Below, piece after piece: positions 1 to 9,309 of a DNA stretch of 63,124 nucleotides (positions are counted from its first letter, which is position 1; each line of letters opens with the position of its first letter). Location: positions 1 through 63,124 of the forward strand of contig JAWSUS010000020.1 in assembly GCA_033549025.1 (NCBI GenBank), given 5' to 3'. Both the position numbers and the translations under genes were made by a program. Source of the stretch: Desulfuromonadales bacterium (GTDB taxonomy: Bacteria; Desulfobacterota; Desulfuromonadia; Desulfuromonadales; SZUA-540). The notes beneath the pieces were generated by a model. The model was not told where the DNA came from. It searched no databases and saw only the letters and a program-made list of their open reading frames with translations.

Positions 1-55
1 GGTGATTTGCTATCAATACCGGGCCTTGGAGGTTGTCATCTTCAGGCAAATTTTC

Positions 56-129
<74 letters not shown>

Positions 130-139
130 ATTGAAAGCC

Positions 140-166
140 AAGCCAGCCTTTCCGGCTGGCTTTTTT
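140..166 (+). terminator. Intrinsic terminator after tRNA-Cys
   Basis: AGCCAGCC-tttcc-GGCTGGCT followed by a T run. Confidence 0.8.
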
Positions 167-181
167 CGTTGTGCGTGACAG

Positions 182-1009
182 ATGTCTCTTTTCTCCCTCC
201 CCATTGTCGCCACCTTTATGCTGCTGGGTTCCACTGCCGGTTTTTTAGCCGGTCTTCTGGGCATCGGCGGCGGCGTGATTCTGGTTCCGCTTTTTCTCTG
301 GGCCTTTCCCCTGGCCGGCGTACATGCAGATGTTGTCGCTCATCTGGCCTTCGGCACCAGCCTGGCCATCATCATTCCCACAGCCATCAGCAGCACCCTG
401 ATGCATCGCCGTCATGGCAACGTCAATTGGCATCAGGTGCTCTGGTTGACGATTGGTGGGGTGTTGGGCGCCTTCCTTGGTGGGACCGCGGCCTCTTTTT
501 TGTCCGGACCCTGGCTCAAAGGTCTATTTGGGGTGATGCTCATTACCGTGGCCGTGCGCATGTTTTTCACCAAGCCTTACCTGCCGCCGGAACGAGAGAC
601 CGGCGTGCCCCGCTCTCACCTTTGGGGGGTCGGGCTTGTCGGCGGCACTTTCAGCGCTTTTTTCGGTATCGGCGGCGGGGTCGTCGCGGTGCCGCTGATG
701 GTGATTCTTCTGCAGATGCCCGCCCATCTGGCGGTCGGCAACTCGAGTGCCCTCATCGTTACCTCTTCGCTATTCGGGACGCTGACCTATGTGGTTCACG
801 GTCTGGGAAATCCCCTTGTTCCCCCATATTCCCTCGGATTTGTCAGTGCTCCTGTCGCTACCCTCATCGCGCCCCTGTCCATTATTTTTGCCAGCCTCGG
901 CGTTCGGGTTGCCCGCCGGGTGGATCATGGTAAACTCTTAAGGATTTTTGCGTTTTTGCTAATCATTATTGGCTTTAGAATGGCTTTAATCCTTCTGTTG
1001 GAACGCTAG
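182..1009 (+). CDS. Sulfite exporter TauE/SafE family membrane protein
   Basis: Two repeats of the G(L/F)xGIGGG motif, very hydrophobic, 275 aa. Confidence 0.9.
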   Translation: MSLFSLPIVATFMLLGSTAGFLAGLLGIGGGVILVPLFLWAFPLAGVHADVVAHLAFGTSLAIIIPTAISSTLMHRRHGNVNWHQVLWLTIGGVLGAFLGGTAASFLSGPWLKGLFGVMLITVAVRMFFTKPYLPPERETGVPRSHLWGVGLVGGTFSAFFGIGGGVVAVPLMVILLQMPAHLAVGNSSALIVTSSLFGTLTYVVHGLGNPLVPPYSLGFVSAPVATLIAPLSIIFASLGVRVARRVDHGKLLRIFAFLLIIIGFRMALILLLER

Positions 1010-1031
1010 TCCTCTTGCAGGGAGGCTTACG

Positions 1032-1853
1032 ATGGCTCGTCATCCCGCCGTCGCCGGGCAGTTTTACCCCGGCACTCTCACCGAACTGAAAACCCTTCTC
1101 GATCGCCTGATCCCGTCAGAAGAATTTAAAACAGAGGCCTACGGGCTGGTTTCACCCCATGCCGGCTATCTCTATTCGGGCGCCATCGCCGGCAAAACCT
1201 TTTCTCAGGTCAAAATCCCCCCCAAGGTCATTATTTTGGGACCCAATCACCATGGCTACGGTCATGACGCCGCCATTTATTCCCACGGGGAATGGCAGAC
1301 CCCTCTGGGGAACACGCCTGTTGCCACGGACCTTGTCCAGGAAATCCTCACAGCTGGACCTGATTTTGTCGCCGATGAGCTGGCCCATCGTTTTGAGCAT
1401 TCGCTGGAAGTGCAGCTCCCCTTTATTCAGTATCTGGCCCCTGAGGCCGCCATTGTCCCCATCTGTGTCGGGCACCTGGCCTTAAATACGCTCATCGCCT
1501 TAGGAGAGGCCCTGGGGGAGGTGATCAGCCGACATGGCCGGGAGATCCTGATGGTGGCCAGCTCCGACATGACCCACTACGAGTCAGGCAAGTCGGCCCG
1601 TGAAAAGGACGCCCTGGCCATCGAAAAAATGCTGGAAATCGATCCGGTCGGACTGTATCGCACAGTCACCGATAACCGCATCAGCATGTGCGGCGTCATG
1701 CCGGTCACCCTCATGCTGATCGCTGCCCGCAAGGCCGGGGCCCAAAGGGCCCGGCTCGTGGAGTACGGCAACTCGGGAGACGTCACCGGGGACCAGTCGG
1801 AGGTCGTCGGTTATGCCGGTCTCGTCATTGAACGGGACGGCGCGGCCGGATAA
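1032..1853 (+). CDS. amrB: AmmeMemoRadiSam system protein B (MEMO1 family)
   Basis: RHPAVAGQFYP, SPHAGYLYSG, GPNH, EHSLEVQLPF, SSDMTHY, SMCG, VVGYA motifs; GGAGG RBS. Confidence 0.93.
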   Translation: MARHPAVAGQFYPGTLTELKTLLDRLIPSEEFKTEAYGLVSPHAGYLYSGAIAGKTFSQVKIPPKVIILGPNHHGYGHDAAIYSHGEWQTPLGNTPVATDLVQEILTAGPDFVADELAHRFEHSLEVQLPFIQYLAPEAAIVPICVGHLALNTLIALGEALGEVISRHGREILMVASSDMTHYESGKSAREKDALAIEKMLEIDPVGLYRTVTDNRISMCGVMPVTLMLIAARKAGAQRARLVEYGNSGDVTGDQSEVVGYAGLVIERDGAAG

Positions 1854-1885
1854 AAAACTTGTCAATGCATCGGAGATTACAGTAT

Positions 1886-1922
1886 AAAAAACCGGGCCGT
1901 CTGCGTGGCGGCCCGGTTTTTT
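1886..1922 (+). terminator. Intrinsic (possibly bidirectional) terminator between amrB and gltX
   Basis: A run, CCGGGCCG..CGGCCCGG stem, T run. Confidence 0.75.
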
Positions 1923-1947
1923 ATCGTCTTGCCCCAAGGAGTTTTTC

Positions 1948-3342
1948 ATGTCTGATCTGCGCGTTCGCTTTGCCCCCAGCCCGACGGGGTACCTGCATAT
2001 TGGCGGTGCCCGTACGGCACTTTTCAACTACCTGCTGGCCCAAAAAGAAAAAGGAACCTTCGTCCTGCGGATCGAAGATACCGATGTAGCCCGCTCCACC
2101 CAGGAGTCGGTCGACGCCATTCTGCAGGCCATGGACTGGCTCGGGCTCTCCTACGATGAAGGGCCCTTCTATCAGTCGGACCGTTTCGACCTGTACAAGG
2201 AAAAGGTGCAGCAACTGCTCGACGAAGGCAAGGCCTACCGCTGCTATTGTACGGCGGAGGAGCTCGAAGCCAAACGGGAGGCGGCGCTCAAAAGCGGCGG
2301 CAAACCCAAGTACGACGGCACCTGCCGGGACCGTCAGGATGTGCTTGAAGGGCAGCCCTATGTCGTTCGCTTTCGGTCGCCCGAAGAAGGGGTGACGGAA
2401 TTCATCGACCGCATCAAGGGGAAAATCAGTTTTCAGAACAACGAACTCGATGACGTCATTATTCAACGCACTGACGGTACGCCGACCTACAATTTTGTCG
2501 TGGTCGTCGATGACGCCACCATGAACATCACCCTGGTGCTGCGTGGCGATGACCACATCAACAATACGCCCCGCCAGATTCTCATGTACCAGGCCCTCGG
2601 CTATCCCGTGCCCGAATTCGGCCATGTGCCCATGATTCTGGGCGCCGACAAGAGCCGCCTGTCCAAGCGCCATGGCGCTACCTCGGTCATGGCCTACAAA
2701 GAGATGGGCTATCTGCCCGAGGCCATGGTGAACTATCTGGTGCGACTGGGCTGGTCCTTCGGCGACGAGGAGATCTTCTCCCTGGCCGAACTGATCGAGA
2801 AATTCAGCCTGGAAAATGTCGGCCGCTCCGCCGGCGTCTTTAATCCGGACAAACTGCTGTGGCTCAACGCCCATTACATCAAGACGGGCGACCCGGTTCG
2901 CCTCGGGCAGCTGCTGCAGGAGTTTCTGCAGAAGGATGGCATCGATACCTCTGCCGGCCCTGAGCTGATCGCTGTCGTTAAAACCCTGCAGGATCGCGCC
3001 AAAACGTTGGTGGAGATGGCGCAGGGTGCGGCCTTTTACTTCAAGCCGGAGGTGGAGTTTGAGCCGGCGGCCGTGGAGAAATTCCTCACAGCCGACAAGA
3101 AGCCGGTTCTGGAATCTGTCCTGCGCCACCTAGACCTCGTCAACGAGTGGAACGAAGGCACTATTGAAGCGGCTTTTGGGACCGTGATGGAAGAAACCGG
3201 GCTCAAACTCGGCAAGATCGGTCCTTCCGTCCGTGTGGCCCTGGTCGGCGGCACCACCAGCCCGGGCATCTTCGATGTTCTCGCTGTGCTGGGTAAAGAA
3301 GCCAGCCTGAAACGCCTGCAGATCGCCCTGGATAGGTTGTAA
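1948..3342 (+). CDS. gltX: Glutamate--tRNA ligase
   Basis: [16 protein letters not shown] (HIGH), LSKRHG (KMSKS-like), RGDDH. Confidence 0.98.
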   Translation: MSDLRVRFAPSPTGYLHIGGARTALFNYLLAQKEKGTFVLRIEDTDVARSTQESVDAILQAMDWLGLSYDEGPFYQSDRFDLYKEKVQQLLDEGKAYRCYCTAEELEAKREAALKSGGKPKYDGTCRDRQDVLEGQPYVVRFRSPEEGVTEFIDRIKGKISFQNNELDDVIIQRTDGTPTYNFVVVVDDATMNITLVLRGDDHINNTPRQILMYQALGYPVPEFGHVPMILGADKSRLSKRHGATSVMAYKEMGYLPEAMVNYLVRLGWSFGDEEIFSLAELIEKFSLENVGRSAGVFNPDKLLWLNAHYIKTGDPVRLGQLLQEFLQKDGIDTSAGPELIAVVKTLQDRAKTLVEMAQGAAFYFKPEVEFEPAAVEKFLTADKKPVLESVLRHLDLVNEWNEGTIEAAFGTVMEETGLKLGKIGPSVRVALVGGTTSPGIFDVLAVLGKEASLKRLQIALDRL

Positions 3343-3371
3343 TCGCGAAAATGATATGGGACCGGATGTCA

Positions 3372-3411
3372 AAAAATCCCCTGCAAACCAATCGGCCTGC
3401 AGGGGATTTTT
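3372..3411 (+). terminator. Intrinsic terminator after gltX
   Basis: AAAAATCCCCTGCA..TGCAGGGGATTTTT inverted repeat. Confidence 0.8.
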
Positions 3412-3482
3412 GCGACAGGGTGAAAATTTGCTTGTGCATTAAATCTTGATGATACATTATGATAGCATAGATATCAGGAGGT

Positions 3483-3764
3483 ATGAAAATGGCACTGGAC
3501 AAACAAATCAATCTCAGGCTAGACGGCACAGACGAAAAAAACCTCAAGTTTATAGCGGAAGCCCAGGGACGCTCTGAGCAGGATGTGTTGAGGCATTCAT
3601 TTCGGAAATACGCCAAAGACTTTCAGGACCAAATGGACTTTATTCAATCTGTGGAGCGTGGATGGGTTGAGCTAAAGTCAGGTCTTGGTGAAGTCGTGAC
3701 CGAAGATGACACTTTTTTTGAAGAGGTTATGGAAGAGATCAGGAATGAGTCAACGTCAGCTTAA
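3483..3764 (+). CDS. Ribbon-helix-helix antitoxin (type II TA)
   Basis: N-terminal KQINLRLD..LKFIAEAQGRSEQDVLR RHH pattern, acidic C-terminus, AGGAGG RBS, overlaps the toxin start. Confidence 0.75.
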   Translation: MKMALDKQINLRLDGTDEKNLKFIAEAQGRSEQDVLRHSFRKYAKDFQDQMDFIQSVERGWVELKSGLGEVVTEDDTFFEEVMEEIRNESTSA

Positions 3765-4086
3765 GCGGTCTCTTGAATACAAACAAAAAGTCCGTGAATA
3801 TGCCAGAAATCTTTCGAGCCGTTTTCGGCCTGAAATAGCTGCCGTGTTCCTCCGGGACCTTGGGTCGGCCCAGAAAAGAATTTTTGAAAATAACGAGGTT
3901 GGCACGCTTGCACCATATGTTTTGTTGGGTCAAAAAATCATATTGAGAGAGTTGTACTTTACGTCCGGGCCAGCAAAATACTGTGTGGTATATGACATAT
4001 TTGATGACTATGTGGGCCTCGTTACCCTTTGGCACGGAATGGGAAGCAGGGCCTCAGAAGACCTGATCCGCCTTTGGGACCAATGA
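3745..4086 (+). CDS. RelE/ParE family toxin (divergent)
   Basis: 113 aa; helix-helix N-terminus and C-terminal YCVVYDI..VGLVTLWHG..R strand pattern of the RelE/ParE fold; 20-nt overlap with the antitoxin. Confidence 0.7.
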   Translation: MSQRQLKRSLEYKQKVREYARNLSSRFRPEIAAVFLRDLGSAQKRIFENNEVGTLAPYVLLGQKIILRELYFTSGPAKYCVVYDIFDDYVGLVTLWHGMGSRASEDLIRLWDQ

Positions 4087-4189
4087 TAAGCCGATAGACG
4101 TAGAGAGTCCGTTCGCCAGGCGAAAAGATTCCTCCTGTGTGCTGGCTGGAAATGAGTTCACTTCCTTTTGGGCCTGCGTCCACTCTCCT

Positions 4190-5050
4190 TCAGTCAATTG
4201 CCTTGAATACGGCCGCAAAATCCTCATCCGACAAACCCCGTTGACGGGCTCTTTTGAAGGTCTCGTTGGCGGCGGCGGCGCTGGAAAGCGGCTGACCGAG
4301 CTTGTCTCCCAAGGCGATGGCCAGGCGCAGATCTTTCTGCATGTGCTGCAGGGGGAAGCTGGTCGGATACTCTCCCTGCAGGATCATCGCGCCCTTGCCG
4401 GCAAACATGGGGTTGGCCAGCGCCCCGGCCATGAGAATTTCCAGAATCTGCTGTCCGTCCAGACCGCTTTTTCGCCCGAGAGCCAGTCCTTCGCAGAAGG
4501 CTGTCATCATGCCCCCCATGATCATGTTGACGACCAGTTTCATGTGCGCCGCCTGGCCGATTTCACCCAGATAGGGGGAGAGCTTGCCCATCTTGTCAAA
4601 GGCGGGCAGTGCCTGCTCGTAGAGGGATTGATCGCCGGCGGCCAGGATGATCAGGGTACCGTCTTCGGCCGGTTTCTTGGTGCCGGAGACCGGCGCCTCA
4701 AGGAAGCGCCCGCCGGCCTGCCGGATAGCGGCTTCGATGGCCGTAGAGGTCTCGGCATCGACGGTGGACATATCGACGTAGCCGCGGCCGTCGCCGATAC
4801 CGGCCTGCACACCATCCGGCCCGTGAACAACCGCCGTGGCCGCATTCGGGTCGGCCAGCATGGCGAAGGTGACATCGCAGGTCTCAGCCACTTCGCGGGG
4901 GCTGCCGGCTTGGTGCGCCCCCAATTCGACCAGCGGCGCACATTTGTCCGGAGTGCGGTTCCAGACGCTGACCTCGAATCCTGCCTTTACCAAGTTGCTC
5001 GCCATCGCTTTGCCCATGATGCCGAGCCCCAGAAAACCATATTTCGCCAT
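4190..5050 (-). CDS. NAD(P)-dependent oxidoreductase, beta-hydroxyacid dehydrogenase family (glyoxylate/succinic semialdehyde reductase-like)
   Basis: GFLGLGIMG, WNRT, DMSTV, EAPVSG, KLVVN, KDLRLA; start moved to the ATG after AGGAGG. Confidence 0.93.
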   Translation of the reverse strand: MAKYGFLGLGIMGKAMASNLVKAGFEVSVWNRTPDKCAPLVELGAHQAGSPREVAETCDVTFAMLADPNAATAVVHGPDGVQAGIGDGRGYVDMSTVDAETSTAIEAAIRQAGGRFLEAPVSGTKKPAEDGTLIILAAGDQSLYEQALPAFDKMGKLSPYLGEIGQAAHMKLVVNMIMGGMMTAFCEGLALGRKSGLDGQQILEILMAGALANPMFAGKGAMILQGEYPTSFPLQHMQKDLRLAIALGDKLGQPLSSAAAANETFKRARQRGLSDEDFAAVFKAID

Positions 5051-5189
5051 AAAGCTCTCCTCCTGATAGGAACTATTATGCCCGCTATTGTTTCGAAAGT
5101 TTTTTTGTTTGTCAATGTGGCAAGGTCTCGGCAATCTTCTACAATATGGGGCAGAGACGACCACGGCAGGTTGGCCAGGGGAGGTGTGC

Positions 5190-6944
5190 ATGTTCCGAAT
5201 CCGCCGCATTTTCGATGATATCCTGCCGGCCAACGCCGAAGCCCTCCACCAGGTCCGCCAGATTCTGCAGGATCAGTTTCCGGCGCTGCGACCTTCGGAG
5301 ATCGACAAACTTCCCGACCTGCTCAAAAACCCGCTCAAACATCGCTTCAAATCCATCCTCTATGTCGCCGAGAACTTCAAGGGGCTGGTTAAAGGCTTCG
5401 CGCTCCTTTCTTTTGAACCGGAGCTGCGATTCTGCTACCTCGATTACATCTCGACCGCCAAAAATATCACCGGCGGCGGCATCGGCGGCGCTCTTTACGA
5501 ACGCCTGCGGGAGGAAGCCCTGCTTTTAGGGGCGGTCGGCATCTTCTTCGAATGTTTGCCTGACGATCCGGGTCTGTGCCAGGATCCCGGCATTCTCAAG
5601 CAGAACCGGGCCCGGCTGAAATTCTATGAAAAGTACGGGGCGTTTCCCATTGTCGGCACTGCCTATGAGACGCCTGTGAAGGAGGGGGACGACAATCCGC
5701 CGTACCTGGTGTTTGATCCTCTCGGCCGAAAAGTGGAATTGGCCAGGGCACAGGCCCGGAAGATCGTCAGGTCGATTCTGGAAAACCGCTATGGGGATCT
5801 GTGTTCCCCCGAGTATATTCTCAAAGTCGTCGAGTCCTTTGAGGATGACCCGGTTCGTCTGCGCGCGCCCCGCTATCTCAAAACGGAGCGGATCGTCGCG
5901 TCTTTTCAAAAATCGGGTCTGGAGCACCGGCAGGCGGCACTGGTAGTCAACGACCGCCACGAGATCCACCACGTGCGCGAACGGGGCTACGTCGAGGCGC
6001 CGGTGCGGATCCGCAGTATTTTGAAAGAGCTCGAGCGGTTGCCGATTTTTACCGCTGTCACCCCGAAGGAATATCCCGAAAAGCACATTCTGGCTGTACA
6101 TGATCCGGATTACGTCCGCTATTTCAGGCGGGTCTGTGCCCAGCTTGAGCCGGGTAAATCGGTCTATCCCTATGTCTTTCCCATCCGCAATGCCGCCCGT
6201 CCCCCCAAAGAGCTGGCCGTGCGCGCCGGTTATTACTGTATCGACACCTTTACCCCGCTGAATCAGAACGCCTATCTGGCCGCAAAGCGGGCCGTCGATT
6301 GCGCCCTGACCGCGGCGGACCATCTGCTGGCCGGCAACCGGCTGGCCTACGCTCTGGTGCGCCCCCCTGGGCATCACGCCGAATACCGCGCCTTCGGAGG
6401 ATTCTGCTATTTCAACAATGCCGCCGTGGCCGCTCATTATCTCTCCCGATTTGGCCGGGTGGCCATACTCGATGTGGATTATCATCACGGCAACGGACAG
6501 CAGAATATCTTCTATCAACGTCGCGACGTGCTGACCCTGTCGATTCACGGCCACCCCAGCTTCGCCTATCCCTATTTCAGCGGTTTTGAGGAAGAGACGG
6601 GCGAGGGGGCAGGGGAGGGGTTCAATCTGAATATGCCGCTGCCGGAGGCGGTCGATGGCGAGAAGTACCTCAAGACCCTGGCCAGAGCCCTGAAGAAAAT
6701 CGCTTATTATGCGCCTGACTTTCTCATCGTCTGCCTCGGCCTGGATACGGCCAAAGGCGATCCCACCGGCACCTGGACCCTGAACGCGGCTGATTTTTCG
6801 CAGGTCGGCCAGATGATCGGCCGTCTGCGTCTGCCGACGGTGGTTGTCCAGGAAGGGGGCTATCGCAACCGTGTGCTGGGCGTCAATTGCCGATCCTTTT
6901 TTACCGGCCTGTGGCAGGGGCTGTATCCTGATGTCAGAAGCTAG
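5190..6944 (+). CDS. GNAT acetyltransferase-like domain fused to a histone-deacetylase/acetylpolyamine amidohydrolase domain
   Basis: N-terminal YLDYI..GGGIGGALY..FYEKYG (GNAT); C-terminal RPPGHHA, GGFCYFNN, DVDYHHGNG, GLDT..GDP, EGGY (HDAC); GGAGG RBS before ATG 5190. Confidence 0.88.
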   Translation: MFRIRRIFDDILPANAEALHQVRQILQDQFPALRPSEIDKLPDLLKNPLKHRFKSILYVAENFKGLVKGFALLSFEPELRFCYLDYISTAKNITGGGIGGALYERLREEALLLGAVGIFFECLPDDPGLCQDPGILKQNRARLKFYEKYGAFPIVGTAYETPVKEGDDNPPYLVFDPLGRKVELARAQARKIVRSILENRYGDLCSPEYILKVVESFEDDPVRLRAPRYLKTERIVASFQKSGLEHRQAALVVNDRHEIHHVRERGYVEAPVRIRSILKELERLPIFTAVTPKEYPEKHILAVHDPDYVRYFRRVCAQLEPGKSVYPYVFPIRNAARPPKELAVRAGYYCIDTFTPLNQNAYLAAKRAVDCALTAADHLLAGNRLAYALVRPPGHHAEYRAFGGFCYFNNAAVAAHYLSRFGRVAILDVDYHHGNGQQNIFYQRRDVLTLSIHGHPSFAYPYFSGFEEETGEGAGEGFNLNMPLPEAVDGEKYLKTLARALKKIAYYAPDFLIVCLGLDTAKGDPTGTWTLNAADFSQVGQMIGRLRLPTVVVQEGGYRNRVLGVNCRSFFTGLWQGLYPDVRS

Positions 6945-7046
6945 GACCCCTGTTTCGAATTTGGCTTTTTTCTCGATGTTTCAGGCGGCAGCAAAGTGGT
7001 GTATATGGTTGAATTTTAAAGAGTAAAAATGGCTCAAAAATTTTGT

Positions 7047-7075
7047 TTGACAGAAAAATTACGGAGGCGTATATG
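7047..7075 (+). promoter_or_regulatory. Candidate sigma70 promoter for the ATP-grasp operon
   Basis: TTGACA-N17-TATATG; overlaps the uORF RBS and start. Confidence 0.45.
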
Positions 7076-7126
7076 CAATCCAAAGTGATCTGTTTCAGGC
7101 GGGCCGGCGCAAGACGAACAAGCTAA
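7073..7126 (+). CDS. Putative leader peptide MQSKVICFRRAGARRTS (17 aa)
   Basis: GGAGG 5 nt before ATG; Arg codons AGG CGG and AGA CGA; stop 6 nt before an anti-RBS helix. Confidence 0.35.
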   Translation: MQSKVICFRRAGARRTS

Positions 7127-7132
7127 AAAAGA

Positions 7133-7231
7133 AACCCCTTTTTATAGCCCCAGCCCCAGGCCATCCCGTCCCAGGAAGCAGATGTTCCCCACCCGGGGAA
7201 GCTTAACTATTGCTGGCTTTTAAAAGGGGTT
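7133..7231 (+). promoter_or_regulatory. Structured 5' leader sequestering the RBS of the first ATP-grasp gene
   Basis: AACCCCTTTT (7133-7142) is the perfect reverse complement of AAAAGGGGTT (7222-7231), extendable with mismatches; internal hairpin TTCCCC-accc-GGGGAA (7185-7200). Confidence 0.55.
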
Positions 7232-7235
7232 ACAT

Positions 7236-8306
7236 ATGCACATCGTCCTCGCGTTCAATCTGCGGGAGGAGTCCGCCGTGGCGGACGACCAACCTCCGTC
7301 CGAACCTCCCTCTTTACCCACCGAAGATCTCTATGCCGAATGGGATGATATTCATACCATTCGTGCCGTCGAAGCCGCCCTGGCCAGCCGACATGAGGTA
7401 ACCCTCGTCAACGCCGATCTGGAGGCTTTTGCCCGCTTTCGCGCCCTGCAACCCGATCTGGTCTTCAATATAGCCGAAGGTCTGCACGGCGCCAGCCGCG
7501 AGGCCCAGATTCCCGCCATGCTCGACATGCTGGGCATTCCCTACACGGGCAGCGATCCTGTGACGCTGGGCATCTGCCTGGACAAGCGCCGCACCAAGGA
7601 GATCCTTTCCTGCCATCGTATCGCCACACCGCGTTTTGCGGTGGTTTCCACTCTGGCCGACATCCCCGCGCGCCTGCGCTACCCCCTCATCGTCAAACCG
7701 ACCCTGGAAGGCTCCAGCAAGGGAGTGACCGACAAGGCCCTGGTTCATGATCGCAAAGCCTTGGTTCGTCAGGTTGAGTGGGTGCTGACTACCTATGGTC
7801 AGCCGGCCCTGGTCGAAGAGTTTCTGCCTGGTCGCGAGTTCACAGTGGCAATGCTTGGCAATGGGGATGACCTGCAGGTATTGCCCATTGTGGAAATCAA
7901 CCTGCATACCCTGCCGGCGGGGGTCAATCCCATCTATTCCTTCGAGGCCAAGTGGATCTGGGATCAGGAAGAGAATCCCCTGGAGATTTTTACCTGCCCG
8001 GCCAGGCTCGATCCCTTTTTGCAGCGAAACATCGAAGAACTCTGTAAGAAAACATTCCGTGCGCTGGGATGTCGGGATTGGTGCCGCATCGACGTGCGGC
8101 TGGATGGACGGGGGCTGCCTCATGTCATCGAACTCAACCCTCTGCCCGGCATTCTGCCCCGACCGGAACAGAACAGCTGCTTTCCCAAGGCGGCGCGGGC
8201 TGCCGGTCTGAGCTATGAACAGATGATTCTTGGCGTGGTCGATGCTGCCAGCAGGCGACTCCAGCTCACCGAGAAGGGGTATCATGAAAATCGCTGTCTG
8301 CTTTAA
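7236..8306 (+). CDS. ATP-grasp peptide ligase, D-Ala-D-Ala ligase-like (non-canonical) 1
   Basis: PYTGS, DK..TK, IVKP..EGSS, EEFLPGREF, RIDVR, ELNPLPG; FNIAEG replaces the Ddl LHG..GEDG motif. Confidence 0.88.
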   Translation: MHIVLAFNLREESAVADDQPPSEPPSLPTEDLYAEWDDIHTIRAVEAALASRHEVTLVNADLEAFARFRALQPDLVFNIAEGLHGASREAQIPAMLDMLGIPYTGSDPVTLGICLDKRRTKEILSCHRIATPRFAVVSTLADIPARLRYPLIVKPTLEGSSKGVTDKALVHDRKALVRQVEWVLTTYGQPALVEEFLPGREFTVAMLGNGDDLQVLPIVEINLHTLPAGVNPIYSFEAKWIWDQEENPLEIFTCPARLDPFLQRNIEELCKKTFRALGCRDWCRIDVRLDGRGLPHVIELNPLPGILPRPEQNSCFPKAARAAGLSYEQMILGVVDAASRRLQLTEKGYHENRCLL

Positions 8307-9309
8307 CCGCGTTCCGCCCCAACTGCTCAAAGGGGAGGAGGGGGACCGCATCTCGGAAGAGGGGGCCGAACTCGAAGCCGCTGCCGTTCGCATGGCGCTG
8401 GAGCGCCTGGGCTACACGGCGAAGGTCGTTCCTCTGGGAGAGAGCATTTCCGCCTTCATCGAAGAGCTGCGGACGGTAGATCCCGAACTCGTTTTCAACC
8501 TGTGCGAGGGCTACTGGGGGAACAGCCGGCAGGAAATGCATGTGGCCGCCCTGTTCGACCTTCTCGGTTATGCCTTTACCGGCGCAGGCCCGCTCTGTCT
8601 CGGGCTCGTCCAGGACAAGGTCCGCACCAAGGATCTGCTGATGCGCCATGGCCTGCCCACCCCCAAGTATGTGCTGGTGCGGCCGGGGGAAGCGCATCCC
8701 CGGGTGAGGGATATGCGTTTTCCCCTGATCGTCAAGCCGCGCTTCGAAGACGCCTCTTTGGGCATCACCTCTGAAAGCATTGTGGAGGACGAACGGCGCC
8801 TGAAGCGACGGATCGATTATGTGCACCAGACCTACCGCCAGGGGGCTCTGGTGGAAGAGTTTATCGAGGGGCGGGAAATCAACGCCGCCATTATCGGCAA
8901 CGGCCCTTATCAAGGACTTCCCCTTGCCGAGATTCAATTCAAAAAGGGGCTCAAACACGCCATTGTCAGCTATGACGGCAAATGGCTGGAAAACTCCGAC
9001 GAGTTTGCCCTGACCGAACCGGTCTGCCCGGCGACAGTCAAGGCTCGCGAAGAGATCCTGATCAAGGATGTGGCCTTGCGCGCTTTCAAAATTCTGGAAT
9101 GCCGCGATTACGCCCGGGTCGACATTCGTCTGCGGGAAGGGGTTCCCTATATTCTGGAAGTCAACGCCAACCCGGACATCTCGCCTACGGCCGGACTGGC
9201 CCGGGCGGCGGAGGCGGCCGGCCTGAACTATCCCAAACTGATCGAACGTATTGTGCTCATGGCCCAGAAACGCAAGGAGAACCTTCATGCGCGACCTAAA
9301 ACGCTCTGA
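8284..9309 (+). CDS. ATP-grasp peptide ligase, D-Ala-D-Ala ligase-like (non-canonical) 2
   Basis: FNLCEG, FTG, DKVRTK, IVKP..EDAS, EEFIEGREI, RVDIR, EVNANPD; overlaps the upstream paralogue. Confidence 0.88.
   Translation: MKIAVCFNRVPPQLLKGEEGDRISEEGAELEAAAVRMALERLGYTAKVVPLGESISAFIEELRTVDPELVFNLCEGYWGNSRQEMHVAALFDLLGYAFTGAGPLCLGLVQDKVRTKDLLMRHGLPTPKYVLVRPGEAHPRVRDMRFPLIVKPRFEDASLGITSESIVEDERRLKRRIDYVHQTYRQGALVEEFIEGREINAAIIGNGPYQGLPLAEIQFKKGLKHAIVSYDGKWLENSDEFALTEPVCPATVKAREEILIKDVALRAFKILECRDYARVDIRLREGVPYILEVNANPDISPTAGLARAAEAAGLNYPKLIERIVLMAQKRKENLHARPKTL

Noticed and set aside
5118..5133. TGGCA..GG-N10-GC sigma54-like motif upstream of the GNAT-HDAC gene
   Set aside because: The -12 element lacks TTGC; too weak to call.
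7236..9309. Calling the two ATP-grasp genes ddl
   Set aside because: Ddl N-terminal substrate motifs are absent and the context is not a cell-wall operon.
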